IMG/VR virus record: IMGVR_UViG_3300031525_000865
DNA from: a virus
Strand: one strand, 5' to 3'
Length of the DNA: 64,000 bases
Made by a program: the position numbers and the translations under genes. Below are positions 1 through 9,101 of this stretch, one piece after another. Position 1 is the first letter of the stretch; each line of letters starts with the position of its first letter. The notes beneath the pieces were generated by a model. That model was not told the DNA's origin, did no database searches, and saw only the letters and a program-made list of their open reading frames with translations.

Positions 1-1717
1 TGGGCAGCTCGGGCAGCACCTGCGTGCGGATGCGGCGGAGCATGACGCGCTGCAGGCGCCCGGGGACCTCGTCGCTGATCGCGCCGCCCCACTCCATGCC
101 GTAGTCGCCCTCGGAGCCGCCCATGAGGTTGGCGAAGTTCTTCCAGCCGCCGAACGCCTCCTGGGCGCAGCCGAAAGTCTGGAGGATGGACCAGAGTTCC
201 GGGGGGGAGTTCTCCATGGGGGTGGCGGTGAGGCCCCAGGTCCGGCCCTTCTCCTCGCGCACTTCCTCGGCGAGCGCGCGGCAGATGATCGTGCGCTCGG
301 CTTTGGAGTTCTTGATCTTCTGCGCTTCGTCCGCGATGAAGATCGTGCCGGCGGGCGGGGTCGTCCATCCGCACTTCGGCTTGAAGCCGACCCCGAAGGT
401 GTGGCCGGCGCCCGTGACGTGCCAGGTGACGCGGACGCTCTTGGCGCCCTTGGGCATCTGGACGCGGCGGGCCGAAGCGTCGACATCCAGGCGCGTCTTG
501 GGGTTCCAGGCGGCGCAGCGGCCGTAGTTGCTGCCGTCGTTTGAGACCTCGATGGTCACCGTGAAGGTGCTGGGGACGTTGACGTGCTGTACGCCCTGGC
601 TGCGCCCGAAGTGGCCCAGCGCGGAGAGTCCGGTCTGGAGGGCAGCCGCCGTCTCGACCGTCATCTCGCCCTTTGTCTCGTCGCTGCAGACGAGGAGGCG
701 GTCGGAGCCGGTCAGGCGGATGGCGACACCGCGGCTGGCGTTCTGGTTGTCGAGGACGGCGTAGCGGAAGGCGGAGAGGGCCAGGTCCATGCGAGCGTGG
801 ACGCTGACGGTGGTCCAGTTGCCGTTCTTGGCCTGGCGGACGAGAGCGAAGAGGCCGTCGGGCATGTCTTGCATCAGGCTGACGACGTCGCCCTCGCGAA
901 CGTCGCGCACCACCTGGTGGCCTTCGCTCGTCGTGGGCATCCAGCCCAGCTCCGGAACCAGCTCCTCGACGGAGGCGCGCAGGATGTCGTAGTTCGTGAC
1001 GATGACGTCGCCGTCCTTCTCGGGCCAGCGGAAGCTACCCAGTCCTGACAGGACGGAGACGTTGAGGTCGGGGCGCCAGCGGGCGGCCTCGCGCTGCCAG
1101 ACACCCTTGGCGACGGCGGGGCAGACGATGACGGCGCGCGCGCGCTGTGGGAGGGCCACCAGGGTCTGCAAAGTTTTGCCGAGCCCCATTTCGTCGGCCA
1201 GGAGAGCGCACACGCGGCTGGCGAGCCAGGTGCCGCCGATCTTCTGGAACGGGTAGAGCGAGTGGCCCTTGGCCTTCATGGCCTCGTTGACGATCTCGGC
1301 GTTCGCGGTGGCCGAGGCGACGGCGGTGCGGTTGGAGCCCACGGCGTCGTGGATGGCGGGGATGACGGCGGGATCGAGGTCCACCAGGAAGCCGCCCTCG
1401 TGCAGGCGCGTGACGATCCCCGCCGCCTTGTCCAGCTTGGCGCGGTTGGTCTCGTCGCCCATGTACTTGGCGCCCTCGATGGCTGCCCGGTACGCGCCGA
1501 ACTTGTCCCCCAGCCGCCCCACCGTCTTGATGGCGATCTCCTTGCCCACCAGGGTGATCTGGATGGACACGGGCGCGACGAAGACGCCCGAGCAGGCCTT
1601 GCACTTGACCGTCCAGGGGGGCCCGTAGAGGTAGCCGGCATCGGCCTGGACAAGTTCCCCGCAGGTTTCGCAGGGGGCGGAACGACCGTTTCGACGGGGG
1701 GTGGAAAAAGCGTTCAT
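1..1717 (-). CDS. SNF2/SWI2-family helicase, runs off the window edge; N-terminal Zn-finger and a large internal insertion
   Basis: My translation from ATG 1717 gives LYPFQ (Q motif), LADEMGLGKT (Walker A), VIVTNYDIL, IADEAQKIKN (Walker B) and GLTATPMEN (motif III). The frame is open to position 2. Confidence 0.9.
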   Translation of the reverse strand, partial: MNAFSTPRRNGRSAPCETCGELVQADAGYLYGPPWTVKCKACSGVFVAPVSIQITLVGKEIAIKTVGRLGDKFGAYRAAIEGAKYMGDETNRAKLDKAAGIVTRLHEGGFLVDLDPAVIPAIHDAVGSNRTAVASATANAEIVNEAMKAKGHSLYPFQKIGGTWLASRVCALLADEMGLGKTLQTLVALPQRARAVIVCPAVAKGVWQREAARWRPDLNVSVLSGLGSFRWPEKDGDVIVTNYDILRASVEELVPELGWMPTTSEGHQVVRDVREGDVVSLMQDMPDGLFALVRQAKNGNWTTVSVHARMDLALSAFRYAVLDNQNASRGVAIRLTGSDRLLVCSDETKGEMTVETAAALQTGLSALGHFGRSQGVQHVNVPSTFTVTIEVSNDGSNYGRCAAWNPKTRLDVDASARRVQMPKGAKSVRVTWHVTGAGHTFGVGFKPKCGWTTPPAGTIFIADEAQKIKNSKAERTIICRALAEEVREEKGRTWGLTATPMENSPPELWSILQTFGCAQEAFGGWKNFANLMGGSEGDYGMEWGGAISDEVPGRLQRVMLRRIRTQVLPELP

Positions 1718-1723
1718 GCAGTT

Positions 1724-1752
1724 GTTATACGGCCGGTATAACACGTGCGCAA
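1724..1752 (-). promoter_or_regulatory. sigma70-type promoter TTGCGC-17-TATAAC containing a perfect palindrome GTTATAC-N5-GTATAAC; leaderless start of the SNF2 gene
   Basis: -35 at 1752-1747, -10 at 1729-1724, ATG 6 nt downstream. Confidence 0.8.
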
Positions 1753-1805
1753 GTACGATTTGCGCCGTGCGTAACGTGTCGAAAAGGCGTACGAAAACAG
1801 ACCAT

Positions 1806-2342
1806 CTAACGCAGTGCGTCCCGCATGGAACCGCGGAGATACGCCTGGAGCAGGTGATCCTGGACGGCGCGGGTGGCGGCTCCGAGCGCCTCCTCTGCCT
1901 GGCAGCGAGGCACAGGGAGGGCGAGGCCGCTGGCGACAGCGCCCTCGGCCCGATCCATCTCCACAAACTTCTCCCGCCACGCCCGGACGGCGCCCGGCTC
2001 GTCCTCGCCACGGCATGCGGCCAGGGCTTTGCGGAGATCGCGCTCCTCCTTTTGGAGCCGATGGTAGTTCTCCCAGTTGCGCTTGTTCGTGGCATGGAGA
2101 TCGGCGTACGCGAGGAGGGCGTCGTCGGCGACGACGATGAGGCGCGCCAGCTCGTGGTCGTCGCGCAGCTGGCGGCTGACGTCCGCGATTCTTCCGGCGG
2201 CCAAGCTTCGGTCCATGGCGATCTGCTGGCCGCGGTCCAGCGTGCTCACGGAGCGGTTTCGGTCGAAGCAGCAGGTGTCTCGACCGCGGCACTCCAGAAC
2301 GACGTCGAGCGGGAACTTTTTGACCATCTGGTTCTCCTTCAC
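1806..2342 (-). CDS. hypothetical protein
   Basis: 178-aa ORF, stop/start overlap with the upstream gene. Confidence 0.6.
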   Translation of the reverse strand: MKENQMVKKFPLDVVLECRGRDTCCFDRNRSVSTLDRGQQIAMDRSLAAGRIADVSRQLRDDHELARLIVVADDALLAYADLHATNKRNWENYHRLQKEERDLRKALAACRGEDEPGAVRAWREKFVEMDRAEGAVASGLALPVPRCQAEEALGAATRAVQDHLLQAYLRGSMRDALR

Positions 2343-2881
2343 ATCTCGCCGATGGACTTGATGACGGCGCTCATCAGCTCGCGCCTCTCGGCGCCCACGT
2401 TCGGGGCGTCAGGCGCACCCTTGGCGACGCCGTATTTCGTCCGAAACTTCTCCGCGTGCGCGTCGCAGACGAAGCGCTCGGCGCACGAGACGCGCCCGCG
2501 TCGACCGGTCACGTACGAGTAGAGCGTCACGGACGTGGCCTTGTGCGGACACTTCGAGCCGGTGCACGTCGTGTAGCCGCCCGGGGGGCTCCACTGGGTG
2601 ACGCGTCCGTGGGCGCGCTCGACATCCGCCCGCTCGTGCGCGTCGAGCGGCCGGACCGCGTGTCCCCACGTACGCTCGCACTTGGCGACCGCTGGCTCGT
2701 TGACGGTGATGTTCGTGCCGTCCGGCGTCGCGGCCACGAGGGCGCCGTCGATGAGCTTGTAGATGGCCATGCGTCGGCGGTTCATCTCGCCGGTCTTCGA
2801 GAGACCGGCGAAGGGAGAGCCGGCGCGGATGGCGTTGAGCGCAGCACGCATGGGATCTGTGAGGTGTCGGATCGGGATCAC
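2339..2881 (-). CDS. hypothetical protein with C-terminal Cys/His motifs
   Basis: 180-aa ORF with CxxxxC...CDAH, coupled to its neighbours. Confidence 0.6.
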   Translation of the reverse strand: MIPIRHLTDPMRAALNAIRAGSPFAGLSKTGEMNRRRMAIYKLIDGALVAATPDGTNITVNEPAVAKCERTWGHAVRPLDAHERADVERAHGRVTQWSPPGGYTTCTGSKCPHKATSVTLYSYVTGRRGRVSCAERFVCDAHAEKFRTKYGVAKGAPDAPNVGAERRELMSAVIKSIGEM

Positions 2882-3114
2882 AGGAGGCCTCGTAGAAGAA
2901 GGACGTGCTCTTCGCGTCCGTTGCGCTTGACGACGACGTGGACGTCACCGTCCAGGCTCACGAGGGAGGCGTAGACGGCGATGGCTCGCCGGATCACCTC
3001 CGTGACGCTTTCGGCGTGGGTCGACGCGCGCAGTTCTTCCATCTGTTCGCGCACAGCGGTCGGAAGCTCCAGCGTGAGCCGTTGCTTCGCGTGCGTCGAA
3101 GGCGACCGACTCAT
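2878..3114 (-). CDS. ribbon-helix-helix (CopG-like) protein
   Basis: RLTLELPTAVREQMEELRASTHAESVTEVIRRAIAVY strand-helix-helix pattern; ATG at 3114. Confidence 0.7.
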   Translation of the reverse strand: MSRSPSTHAKQRLTLELPTAVREQMEELRASTHAESVTEVIRRAIAVYASLVSLDGDVHVVVKRNGREEHVLLLRGLL

Positions 3115-3692
3115 GGCCTCTTCTCGGAGAGCGCCGCGCGCCCGTCGGGGTTGGCCTTGGCGACCTTGCGGATGGCAGCGGCGGCGCGCTTGGCCGCGCT
3201 CGTGTTCGGCCTTCGGACGTTGGAGTCTTGCTTGGCCATCTGGGGCAGCTGTTCCTCCAGCCGGTAGAGGAGATCGCTTACCGCTCTCCAGGACGGGATG
3301 TGCAGGAACCGCTGCTCGCTCGCGCGGCCGCTTGTCAGCCGCGGGAGGTCTGAGGTCACGTAGTCGGCGTCGTAGGTCTTGGCCATGTCTTCCATGGCGT
3401 CGAGCGCCCACGCGATGGCTTCGGCCTGGTCCTTCGTGCACGCCACACTGCCCACGGTGTGCGTGAATCCGGTCTCCGTCTTCCCGATGGGACTGGGCGC
3501 CAGGTCGTCCTCTCTCGGCATCGAGACGTAGAGGAGCATGAGCGCTTCGGCGATCAGCTGGTCCTGCGTCTTGCCGCTGTGGTTGGCCATGGCGACGAGC
3601 ATCAGGTGGTCGAGATCGGCCAGCTCGACCGTCATCTTGACCCGCGGCCGCGGGCTCGACTTCTTCACGCCCTTGGGGCCCGAGCGGCTCAT
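3111..3692 (-). CDS. protein with N-terminal RHH-like domain
   Basis: KMTVELADLDHLMLVAMANHSGKTQDQLIAEALMLL; ATG at 3692. Confidence 0.55.
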   Translation of the reverse strand: MSRSGPKGVKKSSPRPRVKMTVELADLDHLMLVAMANHSGKTQDQLIAEALMLLYVSMPREDDLAPSPIGKTETGFTHTVGSVACTKDQAEAIAWALDAMEDMAKTYDADYVTSDLPRLTSGRASEQRFLHIPSWRAVSDLLYRLEEQLPQMAKQDSNVRRPNTSAAKRAAAAIRKVAKANPDGRAALSEKRP

Positions 3693-4234
3693 TCGCCATC
3701 CTCCGTGCCCATGATGATCTCGACTCTCTTGCCGCCCACGAGCTTGTACAGCTCGGGATCGAACGGAGGGACGTAGAAGCCGGGCGGTACGACGAAGTGT
3801 CGCTTCTCGCCCTTGCAAGCGCTGTCCTTGCACACGCACGTCTTGGGATGTGTGCGCAGATCGTAGCCCGGAGTGGGGACGTGAAAGTCCGGTTGACGGA
3901 TGCCACGCGAATCGGGATCGATCCACGCGTGAAACCGGTGCATGTGGTTGTCGGTCCACTCGAATGCCAGGCCGATGAGCGGCAGGCGGAGAGCGAGGCA
4001 GGGGTCGTGCGACGTGTCCACGACGCCCTCGACCATGCGTGCTTCGAGGCGCCACCGGCCGTCTTTGCGGTCGCCCGTGCGAAGCGATCCTTCCCCGAAC
4101 GTGATCCAGGTGAAGCGCTCGCCGTGTGGCTCCAGCTCCAGCTGGACGTACGTCCGACACGTTTTCGTTCTTCGCGTGATCGAGAGCAGGTCGAGCTTGG
4201 GGACGAGCGGCTTCGGCGCAGGCGCGTTCGACAT
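3689..4234 (-). CDS. hypothetical protein, leaderless
   Basis: ATG 4234 lies 6 nt after TATAAC; C-terminal CxC..C motif. Confidence 0.65.
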   Translation of the reverse strand: MSNAPAPKPLVPKLDLLSITRRTKTCRTYVQLELEPHGERFTWITFGEGSLRTGDRKDGRWRLEARMVEGVVDTSHDPCLALRLPLIGLAFEWTDNHMHRFHAWIDPDSRGIRQPDFHVPTPGYDLRTHPKTCVCKDSACKGEKRHFVVPPGFYVPPFDPELYKLVGGKRVEIIMGTEDGE

Positions 4235-4240
4235 GCGAGT

Positions 4241-4269
4241 GTTATACCCGTTGTCGGACACGCGCGCAA
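4241..4269 (-). promoter_or_regulatory. TTGCGC-17-TATAAC promoter with GT-N3-AC-N5-GT-N3-AC box
   Basis: -35 at 4269-4264, -10 at 4246-4241; on + strand reads GTTATAC-CCGTT-GTCGGAC. Confidence 0.8.
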
Positions 4270-4367
4270 GCATGTCGTCTCCGTACGTCATTGCTGACCA
4301 TTTTCAGCAACGCAGAGCGCGCGGACCACATGATACGCTCGATCGAGAAGGCGCAGGAGAACCGACC

Positions 4368-4985
4368 ATGCGAGACCAGGATCTGGAGTACATGGGCGAC
4401 GCCATGCCGGGGTGGGTGAAGGAGCATGTCACCGTCCGGGTGAAGGCTACGCCCGTCATGCGGCGGTTCGGGTTTGACGTGCGCGGTCAGAGCGCAGGCG
4501 ACGAACGCGCATGGCCTGGCGAGGTCGGGGCGCTTCACAAGCGCGTCGGCAACGGCTGGTGGGACTGGGCCGTAGAGTTCTCGCGCGGCCGGCGTGCGGT
4601 GCTCTACGCGAAGGATGTGACGATCGATGGCGATCTCGTTCGCTGTAAGGCGACGACGGCGCCGCATGGCGACATGAAGCTCGGCATCAGTGGTCGTCGT
4701 TCCGGTCAACATGGCAACACAGTCGCGCGATGGGTGAACGCAGGCTCCTCCTCGGGGCGCGGGATGCACGTCCAGTACGCCACGAACGTCGGGTACCCTG
4801 GCGTGCAACGCATCACCGTGCGTTACGAACACGAAGATGACCACGTGGCCTACGTAGTGTCCGGCCAGACGCGCGAATTCAAGACGCCGGAGGCTGCGGC
4901 CACGGCAGCAGCCCGCAGAGACGTGGACTCACGCAGGCACGGCGATCGAAAGTTCGGCGGCGGTCGGCACAGGTCGCGTCGGTAG
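4368..4985 (+). CDS. multi-module hypothetical protein with (H)GD linkers and a basic C-terminal tail ending SRR
   Basis: AGGAG Shine-Dalgarno before ATG 4368; MGDA, PHGDM and RHGDR motifs; ends RKFGGGRHRSRR. Confidence 0.7.
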   Translation: MRDQDLEYMGDAMPGWVKEHVTVRVKATPVMRRFGFDVRGQSAGDERAWPGEVGALHKRVGNGWWDWAVEFSRGRRAVLYAKDVTIDGDLVRCKATTAPHGDMKLGISGRRSGQHGNTVARWVNAGSSSGRGMHVQYATNVGYPGVQRITVRYEHEDDHVAYVVSGQTREFKTPEAAATAAARRDVDSRRHGDRKFGGGRHRSRR

Positions 4986-5202
4986 CAGCCTTACGCTGCG
5001 GATCTTACCGCGCCAGCGCGGCCAGCGACGCAGCTCGTCGCGCAGCATGTTGAGCATCCATCCCAGCTCTTCGGCGTCGGTGTCGCCGCCGGTCTCGACG
5101 TCGACCGACAGGCGCATGGTCACGGTGTTCTCGTCCATGGGCGGGAGCTTCGCCCGGGCGCGGTGTGTGGGCCAAATTTCGTGTACGATGGGTGCGGCAG
5201 TC

Positions 5203-5448
5203 ATGGCTCGCAAGGAGACGTTCTTCATCATCGACGTGCCCGCCGGAACGACGGCGCGTCAGTGGGCTCGCCGCTACTCCGACAAGCTCGGGTTCGACTA
5301 CGACAACGAGTCGAAGAACAGAACGAAGCTCCTGGCGTGGCCGTACGAGATCTCGTCCGTGCGGCTCGCTCTCAACCTCACCGCGAACGGCGTTCGCTTC
5401 GTCACCTACCGCGGCAACCCCGAGAAGATCTTGGGCGTCAGCGGCTGA
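5203..5448 (+). CDS. hypothetical protein
   Basis: 81-aa ORF with GC3 bias; TACGAT upstream. Confidence 0.55.
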   Translation: MARKETFFIIDVPAGTTARQWARRYSDKLGFDYDNESKNRTKLLAWPYEISSVRLALNLTANGVRFVTYRGNPEKILGVSG

Positions 5449-5621
5449 GTGGAACACCATGTGGGTAGCGTCCGAGAGCTAGCCATGAAGCGTCCGAGTC
5501 GTGTTAGCCTTGTTGGATGGAGGTCCGCGATGAGTAGCAAGCTCCTGCGATGGCGCCTGGCCAATCTCGTTCGCCGCTGCCAGGGCGGTTGCATACGATA
5601 GCCGTCGCGGGGGACGCGCTG

Positions 5622-5999
5622 ATGCTTCTTCTTCTCTGGATGCTCGTGACCTACGGGGTTGCGGATGTCGTTGCGAAGTCGAGGGTTGGCGCGCCCCTGC
5701 GGCGGCGATTCCCTGTCCGGGTCGAAGACGGTCCTGGGCCCGACGACAAGCGCGTGACGTTCGCGCACCTCGTTCACTGCCCCAAGTGCGTCGGGTGGTG
5801 GGTGGCGCTCGGGCTGACGCCCTTGCACCTGGGTCCTGCCGAGGCGCTGCCTGCGCAGGTGGTGCTCTCCACCATGGCGCCCATGGCGAGCGCCATCGTG
5901 ATGCTCGCCCTGCGGGGGCTCCTCAACGCCTTTGCGGGCGCCGCTCTCTGCTGGATCATCCACGTGATCCTGTGCAAACTGGGAGCGGAGCAGCTGTGA
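5622..5999 (+). CDS. DUF1360-like membrane protein
   Basis: hydrophobic helices plus LRR...LVHCPKCVGWWVA motif. Confidence 0.6.
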   Translation: MLLLLWMLVTYGVADVVAKSRVGAPLRRRFPVRVEDGPGPDDKRVTFAHLVHCPKCVGWWVALGLTPLHLGPAEALPAQVVLSTMAPMASAIVMLALRGLLNAFAGAALCWIIHVILCKLGAEQL

Positions 6000-6226
6000 A
6001 AAAGATGCCTGGCTACCTCTTCTGCCGGCTCTCGATCCACGACGGCAAGGAGATCGGGAACCTCACCATCGGCGCCGTTGACGAGGATGACGCGATGAAG
6101 CAGGCGCTTCACCGCGCGAAGCAGGAGCACAAGGACGCGATCCTCGGAAAGACGAAGGGCGTGCTCTATCCTCGCGGCCTGATGGGCGGCGAGACCTGGG
6201 TGCTCCTCCGCAAGGTCGGTCGGTAG
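5996..6226 (+). CDS. hypothetical protein
   Basis: GTGA overlap with the upstream gene. Confidence 0.55.
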   Translation: MKKMPGYLFCRLSIHDGKEIGNLTIGAVDEDDAMKQALHRAKQEHKDAILGKTKGVLYPRGLMGGETWVLLRKVGR

Positions 6227-6234
6227 GAGACAGC

Positions 6235-6438
6235 ATGAACAAGGTGCAGAAGTTGGCCGCGGTACAGGTGCACGCGGACGTGAAGCGAGCGCGCGACGAT
6301 CTTCGGAAGATCATCCCCGAGTTTCACGACTTCACTCGAAGCGCGGAAGAGGTCGTGGCCTGGCTTCCTCAGGTGCTGAAGCTGCTCGAACGTGCCGAGG
6401 GCAACATGGACGTCGTGCTGGGGCGCCCGCGCACCTGA
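6235..6438 (+). CDS. hypothetical protein
   Basis: AGGAG SD; 67 aa. Confidence 0.6.
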   Translation: MNKVQKLAAVQVHADVKRARDDLRKIIPEFHDFTRSAEEVVAWLPQVLKLLERAEGNMDVVLGRPRT

Positions 6439-6444
6439 AGCGCG

Positions 6445-6669
6445 ATGCGGATCATCGACGCTCACACGGGTCTCGACGTACGTGTCGGTGACGTCGTTCC
6501 CGGAGGCGCGGCGGGCAAGAACTGGAAGCTCGTGGCGGTGCGCGATCGGTCGCTCTTCGATGTGTACGCGTGCATTCAGCGGGCTGGCCAGCTGTCGTGG
6601 GTGCAGCTCCAGGTGCGGGTGATGCACCCGAAGTACCTGTTTCAGCGCGTCGCGTTCGTTCCGACCTGA
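6445..6669 (+). CDS. hypothetical protein
   Basis: 74-aa beta-rich ORF in an operon. Confidence 0.55.
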   Translation: MRIIDAHTGLDVRVGDVVPGGAAGKNWKLVAVRDRSLFDVYACIQRAGQLSWVQLQVRVMHPKYLFQRVAFVPT

Positions 6670-6676
6670 TCGCCGG

Positions 6677-7627
6677 TCACTTCTGCCAGAACGGAGCGGG
6701 GACGTTTTTCTTGGATCCTCTCTGGAGGACTCCGGTCTTGCTGTAGATGCTTCGCACGGGCTTGCCGGCACGCCAGTCGAGCACCTGGTCGGCGTTGTGA
6801 CCCCAGGCGGCGAGAGCCTCCGTAGGCGTGTCGAACGCGGAGACGTCGAAGCCGATGCCGGTTGGAGGCAGCGGGCCTGACCACACGAGTTCACGAAGCG
6901 AGCCCTGCCAACGCGGCTTGCCGTCCGCTGTCGTCCCGTAGTTCAGGTTGCGCGACAGGCTCCCGGCGGGCTTGCCTTCGTAGAGGATCCGCCACGTGTC
7001 ACTCCAGAAGGAGTCGCGCGGCGGCCGCTCCCTCGAATGTTCCACGCGCCCCAGCGTGAAGATACGCCCGCCGGGCGTCGTGAAATGTGACGGAGGCTTG
7101 ATGCCCTGCCACTGGCGCACGGGCGCGAGCGACTCCATCAGCCTCTCGGCCACGGGCTTGTAGGGCTGCCTCGCTGGCCGGGCGTCCCCGTGGCGGTGAA
7201 CCGACAGAGCCTCGATAACGCGCCTTGCCTGCGCCTTGGTCATGCCGCCCAGGACGCCCGCGATGGCGTCTGGCATTCTCAGCGTGTCCCGGGCGATCTT
7301 CAGCTCGTGTTGTTCGAAGACGTTCAGCTTGCGCGGATCGCGGGCGGGCATGGCGTCTCCGTGGTGTGGTGCGTCGGCCTTTCTGGCTGCGACCAGTACC
7401 TCGTTGGGCACGGCAGACGAGGGGACCTCGCGCCAGAGGTTGAAGTCCAGCTTGGGGTGCACCGACGCGCGCTTGACGTGCGGGTGTCTCCGCGGGTGTT
7501 CCGGGTCGATCTCGATGAGCAGGCCTTGGATCTTGTGGTTCTTCAGGACGACGTCGCCCAGGAAGTACAGGTGCTCCGAGGTGCTCCGGAACGTCTGCAG
7601 ATACCAGCGATTCAGATCCAGGTACAT
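6677..7627 (-). CDS. multi-module (polyvalent-like) hypothetical protein with HGDA linkers
   Basis: ATG 7627 with AAGGA SD and TGaTACCAT upstream; PHHGDAMPAR and HRHGDARPAR separate three modules. Confidence 0.7.
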   Translation of the reverse strand: MYLDLNRWYLQTFRSTSEHLYFLGDVVLKNHKIQGLLIEIDPEHPRRHPHVKRASVHPKLDFNLWREVPSSAVPNEVLVAARKADAPHHGDAMPARDPRKLNVFEQHELKIARDTLRMPDAIAGVLGGMTKAQARRVIEALSVHRHGDARPARQPYKPVAERLMESLAPVRQWQGIKPPSHFTTPGGRIFTLGRVEHSRERPPRDSFWSDTWRILYEGKPAGSLSRNLNYGTTADGKPRWQGSLRELVWSGPLPPTGIGFDVSAFDTPTEALAAWGHNADQVLDWRAGKPVRSIYSKTGVLQRGSKKNVPAPFWQK

Positions 7628-7711
7628 TCGGGCCCGTGTCCTTCGCGAGGTGGTTTCGATGGTATCACGGGCCCAGGCCTCTCTGCCCCTCTTTGGTGTA
7701 GTCTCCTTGGG

Positions 7712-8080
7712 ATGGCCCGCAAGCGTACATCCCGCGGCAAGAAGCGAAGCTCGCGTCGATCCGGCAGCGCCCGCGCGGGCAAGCTTTACATCGAGTTGGG
7801 GGCGGTCCCGAACACGGACTACAGCCACGGGCAGCATCTGGGATCGGTGCAAATCCGCAAGCATCGGCAGCCGATCCGCACGATGCAGGAGGGCTCCGAC
7901 GTGGCGCAGCGGTTCATCGCGGAGCACGGGCTGGGCGGAGGCAACTGGGGTGGCTCCGGCAACATCGTCGACAGCCGCGGTCGCGTCCTCGCGCACGTGA
8001 GCTACAACGGGCGCATCTGGGACGCGAAGGACCAGGAGATCACGGCCGACGATCCCAGGTACAGGAAGATCGGGCCGTGA
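7712..8080 (+). CDS. small protein with Arg/Ser-rich N-terminal tag and a GGGNW..G.....VSYNGRIW domain
   Basis: MARKRTSRGKKRSSRRSGSA; TAGTCT 7 nt before the ATG. Confidence 0.75.
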   Translation: MARKRTSRGKKRSSRRSGSARAGKLYIELGAVPNTDYSHGQHLGSVQIRKHRQPIRTMQEGSDVAQRFIAEHGLGGGNWGGSGNIVDSRGRVLAHVSYNGRIWDAKDQEITADDPRYRKIGP

Positions 8081-8547
8081 GCGTCCGCGCTCCGGCGCGG
8101 AAGTTGGCGCTAAGTTCGTCTGTGTTCGAGCGAATCCTGACGGATGTTCGCGACAGTCTCCTCCACCGGATGCGCACCGATGGGTTCTACTCGGCCCTGC
8201 CCAACAAGCGCTACGACGCCACCGTCTGGGACCTCAACAACGGGCTATGCGACGCCTTCGCGTACGAGGTCGCGAAGGCCGTTGCTGCTCACGTGCGTCG
8301 TCCGGGCGATCCAAGATGGCCGCGGTCCTACGAGAGGATCGCGGACACCGACGCGAACGTCGACGTGGTCGTGCTGGCGGACCAGTTCCAGGACTACGAT
8401 GGCGGCGATCACGTCGTTGTCCGGAGAGACGGACGGCTCTACGACGCGGAGTGTATTGGTGGCGTCAGGAGATGGCGCGACCTCCCCATCGTCCAGAACA
8501 GCGGCCTGACCCGAGAGCAGGCTATTTCCTACGGGAAACGGTGCTGA
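8077..8547 (+). CDS. putative papain-fold (Cys-His-Asp) enzyme
   Basis: NNGLCDAFA...GDHVVV...LYDAEC catalytic-triad spacing. Confidence 0.5.
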   Translation: MSVRAPARKLALSSSVFERILTDVRDSLLHRMRTDGFYSALPNKRYDATVWDLNNGLCDAFAYEVAKAVAAHVRRPGDPRWPRSYERIADTDANVDVVVLADQFQDYDGGDHVVVRRDGRLYDAECIGGVRRWRDLPIVQNSGLTREQAISYGKRC

Positions 8548-8779
8548 ATGTCCGCCGCGCCGGGCAGATCGGGCAGTAGCAGAAGCGCGGTGCGGGCAGA
8601 ATGCGGAAGGGTGCGTAGACCTTGCGTCCGACGCGCCGCTGCGCGGGGTGCCCGCATTCGAGGTCGAGAAGCCAGATGTCGCCGTGGCGCTTCTTGCCCG
8701 TGACGGCGACGCGCGACCGTGATCGAGAGCGGAGCGTCCCCAGAACATGCCGACACGGCTGGACGCGGCACCTACTCAT
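8522..8779 (-). CDS. small Cys-containing hypothetical protein
   Basis: LECGH...FCYCPIC. Confidence 0.45.
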   Translation of the reverse strand: MSRCRVQPCRHVLGTLRSRSRSRVAVTGKKRHGDIWLLDLECGHPAQRRVGRKVYAPFRILPAPRFCYCPICPARRTFSTVSRRK

Positions 8780-9101
8780 TGGGGGGAGGGGGTGGAGCGA
8801 GCCATTCGGTCTGAGAGGCGCCCGTGAACTCGCTCTGGCACGCGCGGCAGCGGAGGACGACGTGAGGCACGCCGCTCATGTGCCGGAAGCCCACGGCCTC
8901 GGGTCGAGTGACGGCGTGGAGGCGTAGCTCCAGCTCGTCCAGGCGAGAGAGCGCGCGGAGCATCTCGCCGGCCGAGAACATCGTCCGCCCGCAGTGCAGG
9001 CCTTGCCGCAGATCGTCGAGGTGGTCGCCCCGCAGTTCGAGCTTCAGCGACGGTCGGACTGCGCCGACGACACTTTCTTCAGAAACACCCGCCGCTCCCA
9101 T
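8772..9101 (-). CDS. hypothetical protein, leaderless
   Basis: TAGGAT 6 nt before ATG 9101; CRAC motif. Confidence 0.5.
   Translation of the reverse strand: MGAAGVSEESVVGAVRPSLKLELRGDHLDDLRQGLHCGRTMFSAGEMLRALSRLDELELRLHAVTRPEAVGFRHMSGVPHVVLRCRACQSEFTGASQTEWLAPPPPPNE

Noticed and set aside
345-975. Intein in the SNF2 helicase
   Set aside because: No Cys/Ser start with a His-Asn end, and no LAGLIDADG or Hint motifs are visible in the insert.
5262-5272. Self-target of the TnpB guide (GTGGGCTCGCC match)
   Set aside because: Only 11 nt, offset from the guide start, and expected by chance in GC-rich DNA.
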